NCBI GenBank assembly: GCA_951406725.2
Contig: OX597815.1
Location: 40,362,001-40,426,000 of the forward strand
Reading direction: 5' to 3'
DNA: 64,000 nucleotides
Origin: Octopus vulgaris
Lineage: Eukaryota
The notes below the pieces were generated by a model. That model was not told the origin of the DNA, did no database searches, and saw nothing but the letters and a program-made list of their open reading frames with translations. Positions 53,520 to 64,000 of the stretch are shown here, piece after piece. The stretch's first letter is position 1. Every line of letters begins with the position of its first letter. The translations under genes and the position numbers were made by a program.

Positions 53520-54309
53520 ATTATAGGCCCTCTGTTAGCACCTGCATGAAAGATATAAACAGGGAGAATATTCCTGGGGGATGAACTTTTGGGAAGGAAG
53601 GAGCAGACATAGTCGTTAATATGGGACCTGGGAGGTGGATAGAGCAAGGCTGAGAAGAGGAAGAAAGGTGTGAGATTTGGGGTTGATGAGAGGAAGGGAG
53701 ATGAGTATGTGGAGGAAGTATATTTGCCACCTCTCAGAGAACAGATGTCATTACAGCAGCAGTACAAAAAGCTGAAAATAGAAAGAGGTCACTTGTGGGA
53801 TAGAGGTTGGAGCTGTTTGTGAGTGATTTTATGTCAATCAATTGAGTGATCTTCTCTGGATGTGTTGGTAGCAGCAGCAGCAGTGTCCTAGATGTGTGAG
53901 CAATACACTTTATTTGATCTTCATAAAGTGTCTGCAATTATTGAGGGTCGATATTTTCTGGCACTGAAGAGACAGGCAGGCCAGTCTGTTGAGATCCTTT
54001 GTTAAGGATATGCTTTTACCAGGAGAGATGCATGGTGATAGTAACCTGGCATTTAGAGCAAACTGTAAAGACTGAAGATGAGTACCACTCGTGTTTAGAA
54101 GTGGGTGCAATGGTGTTTTCTTTATATGAGCAGATCTTCAGTTTTTTTTTGGGGGGGGGGGTGCACTTAACCCTTATTCAAAGGTTTCCATACTTGTGAT
54201 ATATGTTTGATAAGACAGTTCTATATTTAACAGATGAGGAATTATGTACATTATTTACATTATTTACATTTGAAGGAAATTTGTCCTCATCTTGTTTGTT
54301 GTTAACTCT

Positions 54310-55140
54310 TCTCTTCTATACTCCATCCATCCTTACACCTCTTTCATCCCCTGTCTCTCCCAATTCCCTCACATATCTAACATAACCCCCCACCCCACCC
54401 ACCCACCCACTTAACCACTCCTATATCTCTCACTTTCAATTACTACAGCCACCTCTATACCATCTAACTATCTCCCCTCACTTTCTTATGAAATTTTACC
54501 CCCACCCAGTCCAATTCTCTGTGTTACTTTGCCTATATCCCCTACCCCACTCACTCTGCCTTGAAGGTATGTCCAGACACATATCCAACACAACGTCTCC
54601 TATCTTTCTAAGTCTTTTTCTCTCTTCTTCGCCAATTAGGATATCCTTGTATTTTTTCTACAGCAACACACCTATCTCTACCCTATATTATTCTTTTAAC
54701 CTATCATCAACTGGCACAAACCCACCTCCCTCAATATTACCCCTCCCCATTCAAAGGGAATCTGTTTTGACTTGCAAGTTATTCAGTGACCTCACTGTTG
54801 TTGGTGCCATGGAAGAAAGCATCCATTACACTCTGTAAAATGGTTGGCATCATGAAGGGCATCCAGCAGTAGAAACCATGTCAAAACAAACAATAGAGCC
54901 TGGTATATCCCTCCAGCTTACCAGCACTTGTCAAACTGTCCAACCCATACCTGCATGGAAAACAAATGTTAAATGATGACAATGATGATAATGATGATGA
55001 CGCTGATGACAATGATGTTGATGACGATGATAACGATGATGATGACAATGACAGCAACAACAATAATGATGTCGATAAAGACAACAATTATGATAATGAC
55101 AACAGCAATGATGATGACGACGACGATGATGATGATGATG
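54310..55140 (+). mobile_element. Non-autonomous repeat with pyrimidine-rich body and RTE-type tail (related copies ~7030-7700 -, 48200-48562 +, 61600-62140 -)
   Basis: Shared ttgcaag..gtgacctcactg..tggcatcatgaagggcatccagc segment and (GAT)n-like tail. Confidence 0.55.
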
Positions 55141-55635
55141 GTGGCAAGAAGGGTGTCTGGCTGCAGAAAATCTGATGCAAAAACATTTTCTTTATATCTT
55201 AAAGTGTCGTAAAGAATTTCAGAGAACATAGAGAAGGGTGATGCATCACAGAGCTCCAGGCATTCAGTTCAGTGTGAATCATAGTTACATACATTAAAAA
55301 AAAAATGTTTAGACACATGACTGGAGATGTAATTGCAGAAGCAGCTGTTATAACATTCATAGCAGGTGAATAAATGACAGCCACAACAGATAAACTAGTT
55401 AAAACTGGCATTTAAATGGATTTGAGAAAAAAGGGTTCTTTTAATTTACTTTCTTCCAACTCTTGTTTTCCATATATAAGTAATTCGTTTTCAAAATTCA
55501 GTTTTTTATATATGTTCATGTAATCTTTGCTCAACAATAGATTTTACTTTATGGGTTAAAAATCAACAGATGAATCGATGTTTGCTAGCTAAATAAATAC
55601 ATATAGAAAATTACTTTGAAATGCACACAGCCACA

Positions 55636-55803
55636 GGTGACAGCTTGATACTTGGTTGAAATGTTTCCCAAGTGTCATGCTGTTTCCCAATGCTAAAAAT
55701 ACAGTTTCTATTGCCATGAGGCTCATGGGAAGGTGGTGTGGCATTCCATTTCATATAAGATAGTGAAAACTTTCAATGGAGATACTTGGGTTGAAATCAA
55801 GGT
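55636..55803 (+). pseudogene. HSPA9: Second partial copy of the HSPA9 pseudogene
   Basis: YLVEMFPKCHAVS/NAKNTVSIAMRLMGR..SYKIVKTFNGDTWVEIK versus RLVGMPAKRQAVTN...KRLIGR...FKIVRASNGDAWVE; covers the same protein region as the downstream copy. Confidence 0.75.
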
Positions 55804-55989
55804 TATTAGACCACGGTCTTTGTAGTTGAATGTTCTGTTCTTCGGTTTACTGCATCAATCCTGTTCAAAATCAATTGAATATCAATACATTTATACCTTA
55901 GGAATAAAGTGATTAGCTCTTGTAGAAGTCACCATCAGACATGTACTATAATGCAATGAACTAATACTTTTAAATATGCACATAACTGA

Positions 55990-56757
55990 TTGTATGTGTC
56001 TGACATTCTTAAAAGACATGTTGTTGATATTAATTTGGTGACCATAATTTATTTTGGAAAATAAAATGCCTAATGTCTTGGAAAATATAGAAGGAACTCA
56101 GACAACTCCATCAGTTGTAGGATCCACAGTGTGTAGTAAACTTTTCACTTGAATGTTTACAAGAGTCAAGCTGTCACCAGTACACAAAATAGTTTCTGCT
56201 ACAAAAGGTTTGACCCTTTTTGTTACCATATTTCTATTGACATACATTGTCTTTGTTTTAATTAGTTTTGAAAATAATGATGAATTTAGTAAAATAATTT
56301 TGTCATTATTATGCTGCTATTTGTAACATAATATGAAATTTCAATGGAAGGTTTTAATTTATATCACTTGAAACCAGTGAATTTGAATCATAGAACCAGA
56401 AGCAATCACAGGTGAGCAAGAATCAAAAGAAGTAAGGAAAGATAGTGGTAAAAATGTACAGATAGAGTTGTCTCTGTTTCTTACAAAATAAGGAAAGCTT
56501 CCCATGGGATACTTGAGTTAAAATCAATGGCAAAATATTCTCACCAACCCTTTATTATGATGAAAAAATTTTGTCCCCATCTAACATAACCCCCACCCAC
56601 ACCCAACCCACTTAACCACTCCTATATCTCTCACTTTCAATTACTACAACCACCTCTATACCATCTAACTATCTCCCCTCACTTTTGTTTAAAATACTGC
56701 ACTAATGTCACTGCTTATTTCAATGATTCTCAAAGATAGGCTACATAAGACGTTGGC
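55990..56757 (+). pseudogene. HSPA9: Degraded mitochondrial Hsp70 (mortalin) pseudogene, N-terminal part, interrupted by repeats
   Basis: Pieces in colinear order: 55990-56212 LYVSDILKRHVVDINLVT..LENKMPNVLENIEGTQTTPSVV..KSQAVTSTQN..ATK; 56436-56568 VSYKIRKASHG..VKINGKIFSP; 56687-56757 VTAYFNDSQR*AT*DVG. These match DnaK/HSPA9 motifs (GIDLGT, VLENAEG.RTTPSVV, KRQAVTN, PAYFNDSQRQATKDAG), with stops and frameshifts. Confidence 0.85.
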
Positions 56758-56772
56758 CTATTTTTTTATTTA

Positions 56773-59700
56773 AAAATCTTCTGGCAAGGTAACATGAATG
56801 GAGTAGGGGGTGTAGGCATACTCCTTGCAGAGAAATGGGTGGATAAGATCATAGAGGTTGTCAGGGTATGCGATAGAGTGCTTAAGGTTAGACTAGTCCT
56901 GCAGAACAGCACAGCTACAATTATCTCTGCCTACACTCCACAAGCAGGCCAACCAAATGATCAGAAGGATCATCTTAATGATACCCTTCTGCAGGCTACC
57001 TCAAAGATGAGTGGCAATGACCTCATCTTTGTGGCTGGAGATTTTAATGAGCATGTTGGGCAGCAATCCAGTATCTTCCCTGGTGTATATGGGAGCCATG
57101 GTATTGGTTCCCAAAACAATGAGGGAACTAGGCTACTGGAGTTCTGTGATGCATGTAACCTTTTAATCTGCAACACTAACTTCAAGAAGCCAGACAGCCA
57201 CCTGATAACCTATCAATCAGGAGATTCATCCTCACCAGACAGAGGGACACAGGGTTGCTCTTAAATACAAAGACCCTCCCGGGCAAAGAATGTACCCCTC
57301 ATTAGTGACTTCAGACTTGAGGCCAGAAGGATGCCAAGAAGCAGACTAATCCAGAAAAGAAGGATTTGGAAGCTACAGAACCCTTCACAAGGTCAGAGAT
57401 ATAGGGACATCCACATCAAGATGAGAGGGAGGATGTACTACAGACCTCAGACATAGAAGGTAGCAGGAAATTCCTACAGGACAGCTTACTGAGTGCCACA
57501 GACCAAGTCTGTGGATGGTGCAAAGTCCCTTCCAGACCTAGAGTAACGTGGTGGTGGAATAATATGGTAGACAAAGCCATTAGAGCAAAGAAACAGGCCT
57601 GGAAAGCCTGGAAGGGTGGGGGTAACAGGGAACTGTACCAGATAGCCAGAAGGGAGGCTGGGCGACAGGTATACATAGCCAAGGGTGAAGCAGAATAGAA
57701 GAAGTTTGCCAATGTTCAGCAACTTGAGGATCAAAGAACTGTAGTATTTTGGATTGCAAGACAGTATGTGAGAGAAAATTGTGATGCCAAAGGAGAGAAA
57801 TGTGTCCGCATGGATGATGGTGTATTTGCTTTTAATGATTCAGAAAAGAAGGAGGTTTGGAGAAGCCATTATGAAAGACTGTTGAATGTGGAGAATGAAT
57901 GGGAGGAGGACAGCCTGCCAAATGTTGACCCAGTAGAGGATCCAGCTATCCAAATAGACAGCTCCCTAGTAGATAAGGCAATTAAAGGTATGACCCAGGA
58001 AAAGCTCCCGGTCCATCAGGAATCATTGCTGAGATGCTTAAAACATCTGGTGATGTGGGCTATGGCCTAGTCACCCGCATTGTAAACCAGGTAGTTTATG
58101 ATGGAGTCATACCCAATAACAACACCATAGTCAACTGCTACAAGGGTAAAGGTGATGCTTTAGATAGAAATAACTACAGGGGTATCAAACTGCTGGATCA
58201 GGTGATGAAGATCATAGAGAGGGTCATAGCCCAACTAATTAAGGAGAGAGTCTGCTTAGATGAGATGCAGTTCGGTTTTGTGCCAGGTAGAAGCACCACT
58301 AATGCTATATTCCTGGTACGGCAACTGCAGCAGAAATACCTAGCCAAAGACAAACCCCTATACTTAGCTTTTGTAGACTTGGAGAAAGCCTTTGACAGGG
58401 TCCCCTGCTCCCTTATCTAGTGGGTGACGTGGAAACTGAGGATTGACGAATGATTAATAAGGGCTGTACAAGTCCTATACAGAGATGTTGTTTGTAAGGT
58501 TAGGGTTGGCAATGAGTATAGTGAAGAATTCCGGGTAGAAGTAGAGGTCCACCACGGTTCAGCCCTCAGCCCCCTTTTATTCATCATAGTCCTCCTGGCA
58601 ATAACAGAGGAATTCAAGATGGGTTGCCCCTGGGAGCTCCTCTATGCTGATGACCTGGCCCTCATAGCAGAATCACTACCAGAGCTAGAGAAGAAATTTC
58701 AGATGTGGAAGCAAGGTTTAGAATTGAATGGCCTTAGAATCAATGTTGCAAAGAGTAAAGTTCTAGTAAGTAGGAAGGCAAACGCATCACACACCCCTTC
58801 AGGTAGGTGGCCCTACTTGATCTGCAGAAAAGGTGTAGGTAGACACTCCATAAGATGTACCCATCTTTTATGGACACATAAAAGGTGAAGCAACATCAAA
58901 GGTTATTAACTGGGAAAATAGCTTTTGTGTGCAGCAGATGCACAGGAGCAATAAACACTACAGAAGCTCAAAAAACAGATTCCATCACATGCCAGTGGGA
59001 GAAACTAGAAGTAGTTGATAGCTTAAGCTACCTAGGTGACCAAGTCTGTAGTGGGGGTGGATGCTCAGAGAGTGTTACCACTAAAATAAGAATATCCTGG
59101 GCAAAGTTCAGAAATCTTCTACCCCTACTGGTGACAAACGGCCTCTTGCTCAGAATGAAAGGTAGATTGTTCGATGCATGTGTGTGAACTGCCATGCTTC
59201 ACGGCAGTGAAACATGGGCTGTGACTGCTGAAGACATGCATCGGCTCGAAAGAAATGAAGCTAGCATGATCCACTGGATGTGTAATGTCAGTGTGCACAC
59301 ACAACAGAGTGTAAGTGCACTGAGCAAAATGTTGGACATAAGAAGCATTGGATGTGGCATGCAAGAGAGACGTTTGCGTCAGTATGGTCATGTACTACGG
59401 ATGGATGAGGAGAGATGTGTGAAGAAGTGCCACTCCAAACAGTGGAATGAATCCAGGGTAGAGGGAGATGACCCATGAAGACATGGAATGAGGAGGAGAA
59501 GCATGAACTTTGAATGTTGGGCCTCACAGAGGCAATGACAAAAGACCCAAACTTCTGGAGATATGCTGTGACTGAGAAGACCCAGCAAATAAAGTGAGTT
59601 CACAGCTGTAACCTACACCAGTGTCACATAACCAGCCCACTCAAAAGTACCTTGGATCATAGGGCGACATGCTGTGCTTGAGGGGAGCTATTGAGTCAAG

Positions 59701-60071
59701 TACATAAAAATCAAATGGAAATTGTAGCTGTGATCCCTGTGCCAGTAGCACGTAAAAAGCACCATCCGAACGTGGCCGATGCCAGCACCAACTTGACTGG
59801 CTTCTGTGCTGGTGGTATGTAAAAAGCACCAATCAATCATGGTCATTTCCAGCCTCCTCTGGCCCCTGTGCCGGTGGCATGTAAAAAGCACCCACTACAC
59901 TCTTGGAGTGGTTGGTATTAGGAAGGGCATCCAGCTGTAGAAACACAGCCAGATCAGACTGGAGCCTGGTGCAGCCTCCTGGCTTCCCAGACCCCAGTCA
60001 AACTGTCCAACCCATGCCAGTATGGAAAACGGACGTTAAACGATGATGATGATGATGATGACGACGATGAC
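56773..60071 (+). mobile_element. Near-full-length degraded RTE-clade LINE (APE, RT, PHD-like finger, long 3'UTR, (GAT)n tail)
   Basis: APE motifs GVGILL, AYTPQ, GDFN.HVG, LLEFC, NTNFKK; RT motifs NYRGIKLL, QFGF.PGRST, DLEKAFD, YADD; several stops and frameshifts. Confidence 0.95.
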
Positions 60072-60800
60072 ATACTACATGATAAATTAATCAACAGTCA
60101 ACTTTAGAATGGATAAAATTAAGGATAATGTCATAGAGTTGCTTGTTGAAGTTGTACAGTAGTGATATTAAATGCTGTTGGCAGCATGAATAATAACTGA
60201 AGCAATGTCACAAACATTTAACTTCCATATTTATTGCCAGACTTGATATTTGGCATTGACTATTTACAATGGAAAATATTGATTTCAAATTTTGGCACAA
60301 GGTCAGCAGCTTAGAGGGAGGGGGTTAACTGGTACTTATTTTATCAACCCAGAAAGGATGAAAAACAAAGTTGAACCCCAATGGAATTTGAATTTACAGT
60401 GTAAAGACAGACAAAATGCCACTAAGTATTTTACCTGGCATGCTAATGATTTTGCCAGCTCACTGCCTTTACAACAAAGAATATTAAACCACACCATGTC
60501 CATAGAAAGCTACTTATGGGACATATGTGAATGTTCAGTATCAGTCCAAGAACCTGAAATCCTCTGTGCAAAGTAAGAAGCTGTCTGCTCGAATGCCAGA
60601 AGTTGTTTGCCTAGTGAATTAGGCACTTATCTGTTTATATAAAGCAACAAGAAGGTAAATTCTAGAACACAGAGAAGCCATATCATGCTATTGCTTCATG
60701 TTGTTTGATTGATTTATAGATCAATCACATGAAACTGTGGTGGCTCACTTGTGATGCCTAACCAACAATCTAGTAGTTAAGGTTCAAATCAGTACAACAG

Positions 60801-60950
60801 AATAATTTCTACCTATGCTCTTGGTGACAGAACTTTTGATATCAGTATTCTTGAAATCCAGAAAGGTTCATTAGAGATGAAATAACAAATGGTGATATAC
60901 GAATTCCTGAAAGGAGAATCTTGATAATGCACTCATAAGGCTTTAAGTGG
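60801..60950 (+). pseudogene. HSPA9: HSPA9 pseudogene continuation after the RTE insertion
   Basis: [36 protein letters not shown]/DNALI versus HSPA9 [40 protein letters not shown]; frameshifted. Confidence 0.85.
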
Positions 60951-63582
60951 AAAATCTATAAACATGGTTGCAGGTGTGCTGAAGGTAGCTTGGTTATTCA
61001 GTTGAAGGTTTCCATAAATAAAGGACCTCTTGGAACTACAGCTTTGTTATAAATAAGTTCTTTGCAGTGGAACTATATCATTAGACTGAAATAAGTACAT
61101 TACTAAACATACTATCACTGGGTTTGCTTTAATTTTGTTACTAGAATTCACAATAAAAATAATTAAAACTCAAAATTGTGCAAATTTCCTTTTTCAATAA
61201 CAAAATATAGAAATATAGAATTAAAAGATGTTTACGGTTTCCTCACAACTAGTGTATTATGTCAAGGTCACAGTAGTAAACTAAATAGGTCAGAGCTGCT
61301 CTTGTTCTTTTTCTTTTTTATCTTTTAATCCCCGAGCTAACAATAGAGTTGACTTCTAAAGACACTCAAAGTGCCAGGTGATGGTGTTAAACTGCGTAAC
61401 AGATTAGGTTTATTTATTTGTCATCTATTTATACCACTTAAATGAATTCGATGTTATTTATTAGACAATATGAAAGATAGATTAGATCAGGAGAAATATA
61501 AACATTCAATATCATATTACTGAGGATGTTTTCTTTGAGAAGTTCCTCTGTGCCATTAATGTGCTCAAAGCTGATTATTAGGGAGTTAGTATACCCAATA
61601 GCAATGGTTCAACAGGCTCCAGTGAGTTAGAGAACTGTGTCAAGCTCCAGTGTCTGCTTTGGTATAATTTCTATAGTTGGATACCTTTCTTCATACCAAC
61701 CACTTTACAGAGAGTACTGGGTGCTTTTTCTTTGAAGGACACCAACAGTAGTGATGTAGTTAAGTGTCTTGCATGACAAAGAAAAAGGCCCTCAACTAAC
61801 TGGAGTTGTAGTAGAGAGCGGGGTGGCTTCATATCAAATGTATACCAAGAGGGGCAGGAAAAGATGTCTTGCTTTAGGGATACATGGCTATCCCACATTA
61901 TATAAGAGTGGGTGGAAGTAACTGAAAAGAGAGATAAAGATGGTGGTGATGAGGTGTCAGGGCTCCCCTCAAAGCATAAGGTAGAATATAAGAGAGAATA
62001 CAGACAATGAATCAGATGGTAAGGAGAGGGTGGTTAATTTCATGAGTGTATGAGAGAAGATTAACTGATGGTTAGAGATGGCATCAGAGGTGAATGTAGT
62101 GAATGGCAAGCAAGAGTGAAGGTGGGATCGATAGTAAATTGATAGCTACAAGTATATCATCTTCCATAATATCATCAATTTCTAGACATGTCTCTGAAGT
62201 TGAATTCTAGGGATCAACGAATTCATTTGGATTATGTACTATTTTGTTGGTTATGGGTTGGGAAAATGCTCTGTTTTATTGCTAACTCAAGAGTGTGCAT
62301 ATTTATGATGAATCATTTGTATATAATCCATTATGTGTAGATGATTTTTGTTTAGCAAAATGGGGAAAAACTTGCGATTAGGCTTTATATTCTACACTGC
62401 TCAGTGTTCCTTCAGTGAAGTTACTTTTTCATAAGATATTTTTAGGTCCAGCTCAGTACTTTTTATTTTCTTATTTTTTTCCACAATCTCATCTGTTGAG
62501 AGAGCCTGGGTATTTAGGTTGCTTTGTTAGTTTGGTTCTCTTATGCATTAGCATCCATCTATATCATGGAATCAAGCCCTTGCAGGAACAGATGAGTTTA
62601 TATGGAGTATGTTTTTGACAGATTTTGATTAACTCTTTGTACAGAAACTACATTTCCCTTATTAACATTGAGGTTGCCCCATATACCAGTTTGCTTTGAG
62701 GATTTCAATTTCCTTTTGTCTCAACCTTCCTGAAATTCAAGTCAATGAAGGGTGAATCATGTTTGATATTATTTGTGTGTGTTGCCCTCGTTGAACCATA
62801 TATAGATAACTGTACAATGTAGTGAAACAGTAATTGAAATAACCTGAACATTGTGAATGAAGTCTGTATTGGGGGTAAAGACTAAGTCAAGTATGTTATT
62901 TCCCCAAGTTGGAGAAGTAATGATTTGTCACATGAGGAAGTCTTTAGTGGTATTGAGGTGAGCATTCATAGCTCTCCTGTTTATTTGTTTAGTTCCAGGA
63001 TGGATATAGCTCTCGGGCTAGTTGAGATTAGGAAAATTAAAGCCGCCCGTAAAAAGTATATTGGCTAATATGCACAAAATATACAAAGAATGACAAAGAA
63101 CAATATGGAGAGATGAATTAGAAAGATTTTAAGATATTAGAGACCAGGGAGCCAAAGATGAAAATTATGGAGAGAAAAGAGAACAAATTTTACCTACCAG
63201 TGGCAAGGTGGTGGCTAATTTTATCAACATTATCAATTAATGCGATGAGGACGACGACGATGACGATAGTGGTGGTGGTGGTGGTGGTGGTGGTGGTCAT
63301 GGTGGTGGTCGTGGTCGTGGTAGTGATGGTGGTCATTGCCCAGCCACTGGTGGGTAAAGTTTATCTTTTCTCTCCATAGTTTTCAGTTTTGGCTCCCAAA
63401 ATTTCTATATAAGATATTAAATTCTTTGAAAGAGTTACCTTCTATAACATGGTAAAAATTTCTTCTTTATATTTGAAAAGAAAATCAAATTTTCAAAAAA
63501 AGTCCCAAAAATATAATCTAAGTAAATTACTCATACATTTTTCTATTTCATTAAAATTCTCATTACAGGTTTACCAAAACAA

Positions 63583-63618
63583 ATGACTCACCCACTTATG
63601 ATGTTTTACTTTACCTAA
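63583..63618 (+). promoter_or_regulatory. uORF (MTHPLMMFYFT*) in the 5'UTR part of the delphilin-like exon
   Basis: ATG 63583 with further in-frame ATGs at 63598 and 63601; TAA at 63616-63618, 4 nt before the main ATG; lies downstream of the acceptor at 63568. Confidence 0.5.
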
Positions 63619-63622
63619 TAAA

Positions 63623-63986
63623 ATGGCTTTAGCTAAGAAGACCTGGCTTCAGAAATATGGTTTAAAGCTTGTTGGAAATGGTCCAGCATTTATTGCATCA
63701 ATAGAAAAAAATAGCATTGCTGGAGAATTTGGCCTCCAAATTGGAGATAGAATAATTGAATTTGATGGTTATGATGTTGATGGGTTGTCTGCAGATGTAA
63801 TCATGGTTCTAATGAAGAGCAAGAAAAGCTTTCCAACTTCTCTTGGAATTGTGTCTGAGTTGTGTGAATTTGTCTTACACTGTGGAAGGCTGAAAGATTG
63901 TGGTTTTTCTATTTCTAGTGACAAATTTGTCACTGTAATAGAAGTTACTCGAAATGGAATGGCATTTTTGGCTGGACTTAGAAAAG
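63623..63986 (+). CDS. GRID2IP: First coding exon of a delphilin (GRID2IP)-like protein: PDZ1 plus the start of PDZ2; the gene continues beyond the window
   Basis: Manual translation MALAKKTWLQKYGLKLVGNGPAFIASIEKNSIAGEFGLQIGDRIIEFDGYDVDGLSADVIMVLMKSKKSFPTSLGIVSELCEFVLHCGRLKDCGFSISSDKFVTVIEVTRNGMAFLAGLRK(G). It resembles the delphilin N-terminal PDZ as recalled (W..FGF.LGG.GP.F...GL..GD.I.E..G..V.GLS...PPSLGV). Donor AAG|GTAAGA after 63986 (phase 1); acceptor TTACAG| at 63568; in-frame upstream TGA at 63599-63601. Confidence 0.8.
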
Positions 63987-64000
63987 GTAAGAGTTATTAT

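Overview
AT-rich, microsatellite- and transposon-saturated animal DNA. The SINE/LINE repertoire points to a coleoid cephalopod, probably Octopus (inference; no search run). The only intact host coding sequence I can support is one exon at the far right (ATG 63623 to donor 63986). It is absent from the ORF track and encodes a PDZ domain plus the start of a second PDZ of a delphilin/GRID2IP-like protein, preceded by a uORF. The rest is intronic or intergenic. It holds a fragmented mitochondrial Hsp70 (HSPA9) pseudogene and a (TAA)n locus with at least 7 insertions (R4/Dong-like LINEs plus a non-coding element). It also holds RTE LINEs carrying a PHD finger, CR1 ends, Penelope-like elements, a solo LTR, a Gypsy remnant, Tc1/mariner, Helitron-like and piggyBac remnants, and three tRNA-derived SINE families. 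The most notable non-coding signals are four hammerhead-ribozyme-like motifs (one with a compensatory U3-A8 core, one downstream of a tRNA-like Pol III promoter in a Penelope 3' region) and a ~340-nt fold-back. Most ORF-track entries are microsatellite or TE artefacts. All alignments were done by eye, and boundaries of degraded elements are approximate.
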